64,000 nt of DNA, from the IMG/VR virus record IMGVR_UViG_3300032665_000003. One strand, written 5' to 3'. Within the stretch, counting starts at the first letter, position 1; each line of letters opens with the position of its first letter. The translations under genes and the position numbers were made by a program. This DNA is from a virus (lineage: Duplodnaviria; Heunggongvirae; Uroviricota; Caudoviricetes). The notes under the pieces are model-generated. The model was given only the letters and a program-made list of their open reading frames with translations, did not search any database and was not told the DNA's origin. Positions 1 through 9,136 of this stretch are shown here, in pieces.

Positions 1-136
1 CTGCCTTTGCGATGAAGCCCGGACATTGAGTAATTTTTTCTACACAACGGAAAACCTTAGAATTTACACTTATCCATTTTGCTTGATTCCCGCAGTATAC
101 GCAAGTATAATTATGTTGCTCTTGAAGTTTAGGCAT
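1..136 (-). CDS. N-terminal fragment of a Zn-ribbon protein, possibly a homing endonuclease (runs off window start)
   Basis: Manual translation MPKLQEQHNYTCVYCGNQAKWISVNSKVFRCVEKITQCPGF; CxxC motif; late promoter upstream. Confidence 0.5.
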   Translation of the reverse strand, partial: MPKLQEQHNYTCVYCGNQAKWISVNSKVFRCVEKITQCPGFIAKA

Positions 137-177
137 AGTTCAATCTTTCTTTCATCATTGTATTTATGCCTAAACCT
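125..177 (-). promoter_or_regulatory. Late promoter (CATAAATA) inside a hairpin that sequesters the start codon
   Basis: Perfect 10-bp inverted repeat gtttaggcat (127-136) / atgcctaaac (166-175); CATAAATA at 168-161 on minus strand. Confidence 0.65.
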
Positions 178-317
178 TTAAAGGAGACCAGTATGAGATA
201 AAATTTTTAACCCAAATCGTGATATTGAAATTACCGTTTCAGAAGACGGTGAAAACGGTGCCACGATTTTCTATAATACTACTCAATCTCAACAACTCAC
301 CATCTAAGGAACTAAAA

Positions 318-551
318 ATGGCAAAGCTCGACAATAAGTCTATCGTCAATCAAATCTTTGAAGATTTGGAGAACTACCGTATTTTCTGTAGAGACTACGG
401 TTATCGATATGATGAGCGAGATTTATATAACAACAAGAGCTATATCTATCGGCAGTACCAAAAGACAGTTGCAAGCAAACCTGCAAAGAATCAATGGGAA
501 ATCGATGCAGAGAAGTTTAAGGAACGTGAACTTCTTAATACCCGTCGATAA
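318..551 (+). CDS. Hypothetical protein
   Basis: ORF 219-551; AAGGA RBS precedes ATG 318 (MAKLDNK). Confidence 0.7.
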   Translation: MAKLDNKSIVNQIFEDLENYRIFCRDYGYRYDERDLYNNKSYIYRQYQKTVASKPAKNQWEIDAEKFKERELLNTRR

Positions 552-611
552 AGTATCGACATACAGTAACGGGTGGTTAACCACCCGTTACCTTTTTATT
601 AGGACAATATT

Positions 612-1787
612 ATGCGTAAACTATACTATATGGGATTGGAGCCTTATAAGGCTCGGTACACTCTCCAATTGACATACTGGAATACTAGAGTCTTTGATCG
701 TAGGGGCATCGACTACATAGTGGTGCCGGGCGAAACGCTCGATAGCAGCAAGGCTATCGTAACTGGTCAAGTGCTAGACGCACATGGTCGTTCTTATTTC
801 GGTATGAGCCAGATGATGAATTTGGTAAAGCTGATGAAGGAAGGTAAGATCACACAAGAAGATGTTATCTACTTTGAAGATATGTTTCAGCCGGGAATTG
901 AGTCTCTTCCGTATATCATGGATCAGATTCCATATGACATGAGACCCAAAGTATATGTTCGCTGTCTAGCACAAACGATTGACCCTGATGATTTTGTTCA
1001 CGTATGGGGAATGGAACGCTGGATGGGGCATTACGAGAAGATGGTTAACGAATTTGTCGACGGTGTTCTTGCAACCAATGAAGAAATGGTTGCGCACATG
1101 GCCATTGCTGGTTGGACTGCTCCCATCTATAATATTTCCGGTCTTGCTTTTGGTAAGGATGAGGTGCAAAGTCGAGTTGAACGTATCAAGCCGTTCAATG
1201 ACCGTCGTATGCGAGTTGTTTTCTCTGCACGCTGGGATCAGGAGAAGCAACCTGACTTCTATCTCGATTTGATCGATGAATGGCACAAGCAACATCCGAG
1301 CAAAAATGTAGAATTCGTTATTTGTAGCGGCAGCAAGCTGAAAAGCAACAATGACAGCTACATGCAACGCACTCGCAAGATGATCGAAGATCGAAAATTA
1401 ACGCTATATGAAGATTTGGAAAAGAATCAATACTATGAGATTGTTAACGATAGCCGAGTAGTCTTCAACTGTGCATTACAAGATTGGGTATCCAACACTG
1501 TAAGCGAGGCTGATGCATTGGGTTGCAATGTGCTGTATCCCGCATATCGTTCGTTTCCTGAAACTTTTGCTAATGATCCTGAGCGTTTGTACATTCCGTG
1601 GTCTATTCAAGATGCGATCAACAAGCTAGATCCTTTGCTGCGTCGTCCACACGCAAATATGGGCAAGATCAGTGATTGGACCGATAAAACTGTGGATCGT
1701 ATTTGCGATATCCTTGAAGGAAACGGGGAGAAGTGGAATCGTGATCGTACGGATTATAGAAAATATACAAGAGAATCAAAGTACTAA
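612..1787 (+). CDS. GT-B fold glycosyltransferase (phage alpha-glucosyltransferase-like)
   Basis: 391 aa; FSARWDQEKQP and VSEADALGCNVLYP resemble GT4/GT-B C-terminal donor-binding motifs. Confidence 0.75.
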   Translation: MRKLYYMGLEPYKARYTLQLTYWNTRVFDRRGIDYIVVPGETLDSSKAIVTGQVLDAHGRSYFGMSQMMNLVKLMKEGKITQEDVIYFEDMFQPGIESLPYIMDQIPYDMRPKVYVRCLAQTIDPDDFVHVWGMERWMGHYEKMVNEFVDGVLATNEEMVAHMAIAGWTAPIYNISGLAFGKDEVQSRVERIKPFNDRRMRVVFSARWDQEKQPDFYLDLIDEWHKQHPSKNVEFVICSGSKLKSNNDSYMQRTRKMIEDRKLTLYEDLEKNQYYEIVNDSRVVFNCALQDWVSNTVSEADALGCNVLYPAYRSFPETFANDPERLYIPWSIQDAINKLDPLLRRPHANMGKISDWTDKTVDRICDILEGNGEKWNRDRTDYRKYTRESKY

Positions 1788-1849
1788 ATACATGTGTCAC
1801 ACAACGGTGACGCACTCAAAATTGACATCCGCGTAAGGAAGGATTTACT

Positions 1850-2530
1850 ATGTCATACAACAAAACCAAAACGGACCCCGATCTGGGTCGTAGCGTCCAT
1901 GAACATCTTGTTAAAGTCGGAGTAGAAACTCCGTTTAAAGATAACGGATTAGACCGTAAAGACAAGATTGAAATCATCGAACGAGATTTCGAACATATTA
2001 TGAAAACGTTAGGACTTGATCTAACAGACGACAGCTTGGCTGAAACGCCAAAGCGGGTTGCTAAAATGTACTGCAACGAAATATTTTGGGGTTTGGATTA
2101 TGATGCATTCCCGAAGTGTACGACTGTAGAGAATAAGATGAAATATAACGAAATGGTAGTAGAACGAAACGTGAACGTTCAATCTAACTGTGAGCATCAT
2201 TTTGTGGTCATCGATGGAGTTGCGACGGTCGCATATGTACCTAAGGATAAGGTTCTTGGGTTGTCTAAGATCAATCGCATTGTCGAATACTTCAGTAAGC
2301 GTCCTCAAATTCAAGAGAGACTGACTGAACAGGTATTTCATACTCTGCAATTTATTCTAGATACTGAGGATGTTGCAGTTATGATTGATGCACAGCACTA
2401 TTGCGTGAAATCGCGTGGTGTTGAGGATACCGGATCTTCAACGGTAACTGTTCGTTTAGGTGGTGGATTCAAGACTGACCCTGCTGCTAGAAATGAATTC
2501 CTAAGCATTGCAAGAATGGGAAAATGCTAA
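1850..2530 (+). CDS. folE: GTP cyclohydrolase I
   Basis: TPKRVAKMY, SNCEHHF, GLSKINRIV, RPQIQERLT, HYCVKSRG motifs. Confidence 0.97.
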   Translation: MSYNKTKTDPDLGRSVHEHLVKVGVETPFKDNGLDRKDKIEIIERDFEHIMKTLGLDLTDDSLAETPKRVAKMYCNEIFWGLDYDAFPKCTTVENKMKYNEMVVERNVNVQSNCEHHFVVIDGVATVAYVPKDKVLGLSKINRIVEYFSKRPQIQERLTEQVFHTLQFILDTEDVAVMIDAQHYCVKSRGVEDTGSSTVTVRLGGGFKTDPAARNEFLSIARMGKC

Positions 2531-2736
2531 ATCTAGATTTACATGGTGTACGACATCAAGACGTTGATGTTATGGTGGAAAACTTCATTCTGTTAAATCA
2601 GAAGGAGTTTCCGCTTACCATACTGTGTGGTAACAGTGTAAAAATGATTAAGCTAGCAGAAGCAGTCATAGAAAGAATTGGCTGTGAAGCAAAAATGTAT
2701 CGTTACGGTATCATAACCGTTGAACGATTTACGTAA
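2524..2736 (+). CDS. Small Smr-like domain protein
   Basis: LDLHG N-terminal motif and ILCGNS. Confidence 0.5.
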   Translation: MLNLDLHGVRHQDVDVMVENFILLNQKEFPLTILCGNSVKMIKLAEAVIERIGCEAKMYRYGIITVERFT

Positions 2737-2742
2737 GAAAGA

Positions 2743-3252
2743 ATGAAAATGACATTACAACCAGTATCATATGCATATACTAGTACAAAGGAATACCACG
2801 ATGCGTTTCCTTGTGCTTATCGGCAATGGAGAGCAGATTCTCATTGCAATTTGATTCACGGATATAGCTTTTCTATGAAGTTCTATTTTGGAACTAACGA
2901 GCTAGACGTTCGTAATTGGGCCGCCGATTATGGCGGTCTTAAGGAGCTAAAGAAGGTACTTGAAGACCAATTTGACCATACCACATTAGTTAGTTCTGAT
3001 GACCCGGAACTTGACTGGTATAAAGAAGCAGAAAAGCGTGGTCTTATGAAGTTAACTATACTCCCGAAATTGGGATGCGAAAGCTTAGCCGACATGCTTT
3101 ATAAGTATGTCAATGGAGTTTATATTCCTGAAATGTGGGGGCCTTCCGAGGCGGCCCGGCTGTGGTGCTATCGCGTCGAAGTGCGCGAGACTCAAAGCAA
3201 TATGGCATTCAGAGAAGGGCACCGTGAATGGAATGAGGACCTTTTTGCGTGA
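2743..3252 (+). CDS. queD: QueD-like 6-carboxytetrahydropterin synthase (T-fold)
   Basis: CAYRQWRADSHCNLIHGYS, DYGGLKELK, FDHTTL, CESLA, VEVRET; between folE and queE. Confidence 0.85.
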   Translation: MKMTLQPVSYAYTSTKEYHDAFPCAYRQWRADSHCNLIHGYSFSMKFYFGTNELDVRNWAADYGGLKELKKVLEDQFDHTTLVSSDDPELDWYKEAEKRGLMKLTILPKLGCESLADMLYKYVNGVYIPEMWGPSEAARLWCYRVEVRETQSNMAFREGHREWNEDLFA

Positions 3253-3413
3253 ATAAACTTTGGGGATTATGGGCTAAGGCTTTAGGAGAAAAGGCTTCTC
3301 CTTGTGATATAGAGTCTGATCGGATCGCTTGGATTCGAACAGTCTTAATAACCCAGTCTGTGATTACCAACATTTTTATTATCGAAAACGCAATTAGACA
3401 CTGGCATGGATAA
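3249..3413 (+). CDS. Small hypothetical protein (54 aa, below ORF-track cutoff)
   Basis: GTG start overlapping queD stop; MNKLWGLWAKALGEKASPCDIESDRIAWIRT...; fills gap to next gene. Confidence 0.65.
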   Translation: MNKLWGLWAKALGEKASPCDIESDRIAWIRTVLITQSVITNIFIIENAIRHWHG

Positions 3414-3864
3414 ATCTAACAGAATGCGAGCCGACTTGATGGTGCAGCAGCAAATAAAAGGACCATGGCAACACATGGTCGGAGTAATCATGTTGAACCA
3501 AACATCCAGGCAGCAAGTAAAGAAAGTATTACCTGAGTTTTTAACGAGTTGGGATACACCTGAGAAGTTGCTGTTAGCTATCGAAGACGATATCAAACGT
3601 GTAGTCTCTCCTTTAGGCATGACTAATGTTCGGGTAAAAAGATTGCTTGGAATGACCCGAGATTATTTGAATTGGGATCATGATGATGCTACAATGCTCT
3701 ATGGTATTGGTAAATACGGCAGCGACAGTTATGAAATATTTTTCAAAAATAACTATGCGGTTCAACCAACGGACAAAGAACTAATACGATACTTGTCGAG
3801 TAATCAGCATAAGTCCGAAAATGATAACTTGAAAGAAGAAAATGACAAAAATAAAGATCAGTGA
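3406..3864 (+). CDS. MBD4-like HhH-GPD DNA glycosylase
   Basis: PWQHMVGVIMLNQT, PLG, LYGIGKYGSDSYEIF and PTDKEL mirror MBD4 LHGIGKYGNDSYRIF...PEDHKL with catalytic Asp. Confidence 0.85.
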   Translation: MDKSNRMRADLMVQQQIKGPWQHMVGVIMLNQTSRQQVKKVLPEFLTSWDTPEKLLLAIEDDIKRVVSPLGMTNVRVKRLLGMTRDYLNWDHDDATMLYGIGKYGSDSYEIFFKNNYAVQPTDKELIRYLSSNQHKSENDNLKEENDKNKDQ

Positions 3865-4723
3865 GTTATTCTACTCAATTCAAGGCGAGGGAAGATATCA
3901 AGGCGTCCCGTCGGTATTTTTACGCACGTTTGGCTGTAACTTCAAATGTGCTGGTTTCGGAATGCCCAAAGGTGAGTTAAGTGACGAGGTTGATGCTATC
4001 GCCTTCGCTCATAAGAATACTCCTTATGAAAATTATGAATCTCTACCATTAGTCAGCACCGGGTGTGACAGTTATGCTAGCTGGGATCCTCGCTTCAAGG
4101 ACTTGTCTCCATTCAAGACGGTCAATGAAATAGTTGATGACATTATGGTAATACTACCGTTCAATGAATGGAGGCGAGAGCATCTTGTTATTACTGGCGG
4201 AGAACCATTGCTTACGTGGCAACGATCATATCCGTCTTTGTTGAGTCATCCCAAAATGAAGGGTCTGCGAGAAATCACCTTTGAGACAAATGGCACCCAG
4301 CCGCTTACTCATGAACTTAGACACTATCTAGAGGATTGGGTGTATGAAGGTGGAAAGTTAGGATTTGGTTCAGATGACAAGGATCGTGAGATTACGTTTT
4401 CTGTCAGTGCCAAACTAAGCTGCTCGGGCGAAGCACGCGAGAAGGCGATTCAGCCCGATATCGTATGCAGCTATGAGGAAGTTGGACACACGTATCTAAA
4501 GTTTGTTGTAGCTACAGAAAATGACATTGATGAGGCCTTAGAAACGACTCAAGTGTACCGTGATGCTGGATTTACGGGTGATGTTTATCTGATGCCAGTT
4601 GGTGGCGTAGAAAGTGTGTATCAACTGAATAACAAGAACGTGGCACTAGCAGCAATGAAGCATGGGCTTCGTTATAGTGATAGATTGCAGGTCACGCTCT
4701 GGAAGAACCAATGGGGAACGTAA
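3842..4723 (+). CDS. queE: QueE-like radical SAM 7-carboxy-7-deazaguanine synthase
   Basis: ELFYSIQGEG, VFLRTFGCNFKC, ITGGEPLL, ETNGT, VSAKLS, RYSDRLQ. Confidence 0.92.
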   Translation: MTKIKISELFYSIQGEGRYQGVPSVFLRTFGCNFKCAGFGMPKGELSDEVDAIAFAHKNTPYENYESLPLVSTGCDSYASWDPRFKDLSPFKTVNEIVDDIMVILPFNEWRREHLVITGGEPLLTWQRSYPSLLSHPKMKGLREITFETNGTQPLTHELRHYLEDWVYEGGKLGFGSDDKDREITFSVSAKLSCSGEAREKAIQPDIVCSYEEVGHTYLKFVVATENDIDEALETTQVYRDAGFTGDVYLMPVGGVESVYQLNNKNVALAAMKHGLRYSDRLQVTLWKNQWGT

Positions 4724-4957
4724 ATGTGGCATATGGTCAACACAGAGGCTAACCTAATTTGGATAAGGGGTGCAGATGAAATTCGATTAATGTTCTGTTT
4801 CTTTCCACACAAGTGCAGTCAAAGCGGAGATTGGATTTGGTTTAAAACTGCATATAGAATATCGCAGAGACTAACATATAATGAATTAGGAACTACCTAT
4901 AGGATAGATCGTTGGTACACGATTCAAGATTATCATCTATTGTTGGTTGCTAGATGA
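4724..4957 (+). CDS. Hypothetical protein
   Basis: 77-aa ORF abutting neighbours. Confidence 0.55.
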   Translation: MWHMVNTEANLIWIRGADEIRLMFCFFPHKCSQSGDWIWFKTAYRISQRLTYNELGTTYRIDRWYTIQDYHLLLVAR

Positions 4958-6291
4958 ACTTATATACTCACAGAATTGGCTTTTTGGTTAGTTCACAGAC
5001 CCTAATTCCGCATGGTGGAATTGGACAATTCGCAAAGAGTTTCTGTGAAATGATGAGTAGTCATGGCATAAAAGTTGATATCATTACAGATAAAGTTCCA
5101 CAGGGTCTTGCAGAAGATTTTGTTAAAGAGCTTAAGGTTAATGTAATTTATCCTAAGGTTCCGCTTCAATACACTGATCACAGTGCAATTTTTATGTATG
5201 AAGATAGCTATTGTTATGAACGCATGGCTAACTTTAGAGATGCAATCGTTAAAGCATTAACAACTAACATCTATGACGCATTTGTATGCAACACCTATGA
5301 AACTATACAAGTTGCCGCCGCATTAGGATTATCTGATTGTATTCAAAATATCGCTTACACTCACCTAGAATCACAGATTTTTAAAGATACTAAAAATCCT
5401 TTTTTGGACAGTGTCAATGAAATGATGCGTGAGCAGTTACAGTTGAATAGCCTTACTATTGGAACACAAAGTAGGTTTAATCAATCGACATTCTCTAACG
5501 CAGAGTATCTACCTATTCCTATATCAGAAAAAGGATTGCTCGAAAAATACAGCGGACCTCGCGAGGGTATTTTATTTGTAGGTAGATGGGAAGACGGAAA
5601 ACAGCCCGAACTTTTTATAGAATTGATAAATCAGGTTAAACTGCCGGCCCGTATCATGACCAGTGCCACCGGCGCTAAGAAGTTTGAAGATCGTCTGAAA
5701 ACTATCAATGCCAAATACGAAATTAAGGTAGGGATCATAGGACAAGAAAAAGTAGATTTCATTTCAGGGTCTAGGATAGCATTTAATCCTAGCACCGTAG
5801 AAAGCTATGGCATGGCTTTTTATGAACAGCACATACAATTACCTACATTTGTGCTTGAAAATCAGCGATGGACTAATAACTTTAACAAGAAATTCTTTTT
5901 TGAAACCAATAAGAAAACGATGGCTAATGACATCATAGTTGCTTATGAAAAGTACCCTACTGCAAATGATTGGTATCAAGTAGGATCACTATCCAATGCT
6001 ATAGCTATGGAATCAACGGTATTTCACAGCTGGAGTAACTGTATCAATAACTTTGTTGAAAAGAAGTCAAACAATAGCACTGCTAAGATATGCAATGAAA
6101 CCACTGTAAAGTATGCTGATTTTATAAAAGATTTAGGTAGAAAGATAATCTGCATCGATGACATAAAGTCTGTTCTAACCAATAAGCATAAGTTCAGAGT
6201 TATCTATACGGATAACGATACATACTTAACAAAAGACCCGATGTTCGAACCTAAGAAAGAACTATCGGGCCTAGATTTATTTGAATTTTAG
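4954..6291 (+). CDS. GT4-like glycosyltransferase
   Basis: PHGGIGQF, LFVGRWEDGKQPE, FNPSTVESYGMAFYE motifs. Confidence 0.8.
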   Translation: MNLYTHRIGFLVSSQTLIPHGGIGQFAKSFCEMMSSHGIKVDIITDKVPQGLAEDFVKELKVNVIYPKVPLQYTDHSAIFMYEDSYCYERMANFRDAIVKALTTNIYDAFVCNTYETIQVAAALGLSDCIQNIAYTHLESQIFKDTKNPFLDSVNEMMREQLQLNSLTIGTQSRFNQSTFSNAEYLPIPISEKGLLEKYSGPREGILFVGRWEDGKQPELFIELINQVKLPARIMTSATGAKKFEDRLKTINAKYEIKVGIIGQEKVDFISGSRIAFNPSTVESYGMAFYEQHIQLPTFVLENQRWTNNFNKKFFFETNKKTMANDIIVAYEKYPTANDWYQVGSLSNAIAMESTVFHSWSNCINNFVEKKSNNSTAKICNETTVKYADFIKDLGRKIICIDDIKSVLTNKHKFRVIYTDNDTYLTKDPMFEPKKELSGLDLFEF

Positions 6292-7490
6292 TGCATTAGC
6301 AGGAAGCTGTTTAGAACGTCACTTCTGTTTGCAGAGTCGTCACCGTCTCCCGGCATGACGATCACGTTGTACTTGTTTTTTTCGGAACTAACTGGGGTTG
6401 ACATCATTTCATCGTATGTTAGTATTGACTTTGGATCTACACTGTATTTTGCAGCAAGGCGTTCTTTGAATGCCTTGAGATCCTGTTTTGTTTTGAACTG
6501 CATACGACCTTTGGCGTCCTTCAGTAGTTTTGCTCCGTCTTTAGCAATAAGATCAGTGAATAATTCACGAGGAACAACTCTACTGTTTTTAGTAACAGCA
6601 AAATCGATTTCTTTTTCTTGAGAAGGTTTTGCACCCATTGAATAGTTAATCTTGAAGTTATCAGGCTTTTCTGATTTAGCAACCGATGCTAATTTTGTGT
6701 AAGCATAGAAGTCTACTTTAGGATACTTTTTAGCTAGTGAATATGCCATTGCAAGATATTGTGGAGAGAAGAAGTCACCTGCGTCGTGCCAACGAATTAC
6801 TAGTTTGGTCTTCTTGTCTTTCTTGTTAAACTTTTTGTCTGCTGCTTCAATTTCACTACCCATCATGTCCATAAATCCTGATGGATCATTATAGAGGAAG
6901 TTTAAAAGCTGTGACTGGTCCATCGATACATTCTTCCATTGTATGTAGCCGCCCTTCATAGCGTAACAATATGTTTGACATGCACCCGCACCCGGACAAG
7001 TGTCGATGATTACGAATTCTCCGTTGTCTTCATCGACCGCTAAGCCTTTAAGCGCAGGCAGACCTACATTGTAGAAGACGCTTGCAGTACCATCACTGTG
7101 TTGCATCTTTTCGTTCTGCTTGAGTACTTTGGCTGGCCTCTTAGTGATATCTGAACGTAGTTTCTTTAGATCGTATTTTTCGCCGCCTTCACCAACAATA
7201 GGAATGTTACTACCATGAATATATGGCTTTTTATACTTATCTGCTTTGCCTTTAGTTTTGCTTGTGATTGTATCGAGGTACTTTGTCATTTCCTCTTTGC
7301 CAAAAGGTCTCGCGGTCGCATCTAGTTTTGCTTCGTCAACCTCTTCCTCTTTCTCATCTGGAGTGAGGATTCCTGACATGTTTAGAAACTGTCCCAACGT
7401 CATGACATTCAAGTTATCCGAAAACGGAGGTGTTCCCTTGACTTCTCCGGTGTTTTCATTTATTATGTCTATAATTCTACGAATGTCCAT
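6288..7490 (-). CDS. GP88-like (radical-SAM-related) protein
   Basis: TCPGAGACQTYCYA Cys cluster, RWHDAGDF, FYAYTK; late promoter GATAAATA at 7524-7517; start chosen at MDIRRII. Confidence 0.65.
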   Translation of the reverse strand: MDIRRIIDIINENTGEVKGTPPFSDNLNVMTLGQFLNMSGILTPDEKEEEVDEAKLDATARPFGKEEMTKYLDTITSKTKGKADKYKKPYIHGSNIPIVGEGGEKYDLKKLRSDITKRPAKVLKQNEKMQHSDGTASVFYNVGLPALKGLAVDEDNGEFVIIDTCPGAGACQTYCYAMKGGYIQWKNVSMDQSQLLNFLYNDPSGFMDMMGSEIEAADKKFNKKDKKTKLVIRWHDAGDFFSPQYLAMAYSLAKKYPKVDFYAYTKLASVAKSEKPDNFKINYSMGAKPSQEKEIDFAVTKNSRVVPRELFTDLIAKDGAKLLKDAKGRMQFKTKQDLKAFKERLAAKYSVDPKSILTYDEMMSTPVSSEKNKYNVIVMPGDGDDSANRSDVLNSFLLMH

Positions 7491-7543
7491 ATATAATCCC
7501 ATTGTTAAGTATAAACTATTTATCATTCATCTGGAGAAGTACG

Positions 7544-8131
7544 ATTAACATTTTCTATGTAAACTCTGATCCCAAGCTTGCTGCGCAGTCTATGGTCGAT
7601 CGGCACGTGGTCAAAATGATCATCGAGACAGCACAATTGCTATCAACTGCCCATCGTATGCTCGACGGGGTTCAGGAAGCTCAAAAGACGGCCCGAGGCC
7701 GTAACATTAAGCGATATGTTCTATCAGATAGCCGCGAGGATCATCTGTACAAAAGTACCCACGCAAATCACCCGTCTGCTGTTTGGGCCCGGGAATCATT
7801 GGATAATTACAAGTGGCTACATGCACATTTGATCGCATTAGGTGATGAGTATACTCATCGTTATGGCAAGCAGCATTCTACTATGAAAAGCGTAGCTCGG
7901 ATTCTTGAGACTACCCCAACGAACTTGCGCCGAAACGCAATGACTAAAATGCCGTCTTGCATGGCTGTCGAATTTATTATCAGTGATGATCCTATCGTCA
8001 ACTATCGAAATTATTACAACAAAGGTAAGAAAGACTTGCATCGCTGGTCTAATCGAGAGCCTCCTGTTTGGATTGACGGTGCTGTTGTTTCTCAACGGGT
8101 TAAGGACAAGACGATATATACTACTATATAA
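7544..8131 (+). CDS. Pyrimidine-dimer DNA glycosylase (DenV/Pyr_excise-like); possible ATT start
   Basis: NIFYV...HVVKMIIETAQLLSTAH, THANHPSAVWARES, EYTHRYGKQH; GGAG 7 nt before in-frame ATT at 7544. Confidence 0.8.
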   Translation: MNIFYVNSDPKLAAQSMVDRHVVKMIIETAQLLSTAHRMLDGVQEAQKTARGRNIKRYVLSDSREDHLYKSTHANHPSAVWARESLDNYKWLHAHLIALGDEYTHRYGKQHSTMKSVARILETTPTNLRRNAMTKMPSCMAVEFIISDDPIVNYRNYYNKGKKDLHRWSNREPPVWIDGAVVSQRVKDKTIYTTI

Positions 8132-8140
8132 GGAAAAATT

Positions 8141-8593
8141 ATGTTTGATGCATTAAAAAAGTGGTGGAATGGCACACCTGTTGAGCAGCCTGCACCTATC
8201 CCAGAACTAGTCGAAGTTCCTAAGGTTAGAAAGCCTAGAAAGCCTAGGGCTCCTAAACCAGCGGTACCCGCATTGACTGCTAAGGAACTGGCTACTGCTG
8301 CTGGTCAACCATATATCGCAATTACTAAAGTCGAACTTGATCCCAAAGACATTAACAATGGATCGTTTGAATTAGACTGGAATGACAAGTTTGTGTTAAA
8401 TCTTGTCAAACAAGGTTACAAATTTAGACAAAATGACACTGATGCAGAGATTGTTGACCGCTGGTTTCAAACAGTTTGTCGCAATATTGCACTAGAAGTG
8501 TATGAGCAAGAACAAGCAGACCCGGCTAAGCGTGACGATGTTCGTATCATAGCTCAGCGAGATTTGGGTAACGGATTTACTGAGGTCAGCTAA
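8141..8593 (+). CDS. Hypothetical protein with Pro/Lys-rich N-terminus
   Basis: 150-aa ORF with AAGGA RBS. Confidence 0.75.
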   Translation: MFDALKKWWNGTPVEQPAPIPELVEVPKVRKPRKPRAPKPAVPALTAKELATAAGQPYIAITKVELDPKDINNGSFELDWNDKFVLNLVKQGYKFRQNDTDAEIVDRWFQTVCRNIALEVYEQEQADPAKRDDVRIIAQRDLGNGFTEVS

Positions 8594-9106
8594 ATGAATA
8601 ATTTTAAATTTTTACATGAACTAGTAGACTACTTACACAGCGATTCTACCGAAAGTGTTCGACAATATGTCACAGAACAGGTCGTAAAAACCACAGACAA
8701 TAACAAAGGATATTTTTGGGAGGGTGTTTTGGCTAAAGCCATGTCGGGTCACACGACATGGCTTGGGAAACAGACGGTAGGTAGGGATTATGATGACAAC
8801 ACTGATGCAAAATTTGCAACATTCTACCGTACAGGCGAGTGCAATCTCACTTTTCAAGCCTAAGTATCCGGAATAAAAAATAAAATTGGACCTCTGAGAG
8901 TGTGTCTATGTGTACCTGGACAGAAATTTCACAAATTGTTTTTCCTATTCATACCGCATGAAGCTTACCAGCAATATATTAAAAACAGCAACGCCGAACA
9001 AGTTGCATTGAAGTTTGGCTTAGGATCGGGTGGAACTCCCACTAGCCCGCTCATGAAGTACGCTTGTTCATTCCAAGAAGTTTGCAGACCACATATTTTT
9101 CATTAA
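8594..9106 (+). pseudogene. Hypothetical gene split by an in-frame TAA (8861-8863)
   Basis: ORFs 8594-8863 and 8900-9106 are in the same frame, joined by sense codons VSGIKNKIGPLR after a single TAA. Confidence 0.55.
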
Positions 9107-9136
9107 AAACCTAACGACAAAAAGGATTTATTAAGT

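Noticed and set aside
966-1367. Antisense and alternate-frame ORFs overlapping well-supported genes (e.g. 966-1367, 14455-15108, 24096-24716, 32738-33100, 50860-51201)
   Set aside because: Shadow ORFs arising from codon bias or repeats; no RBS or motifs
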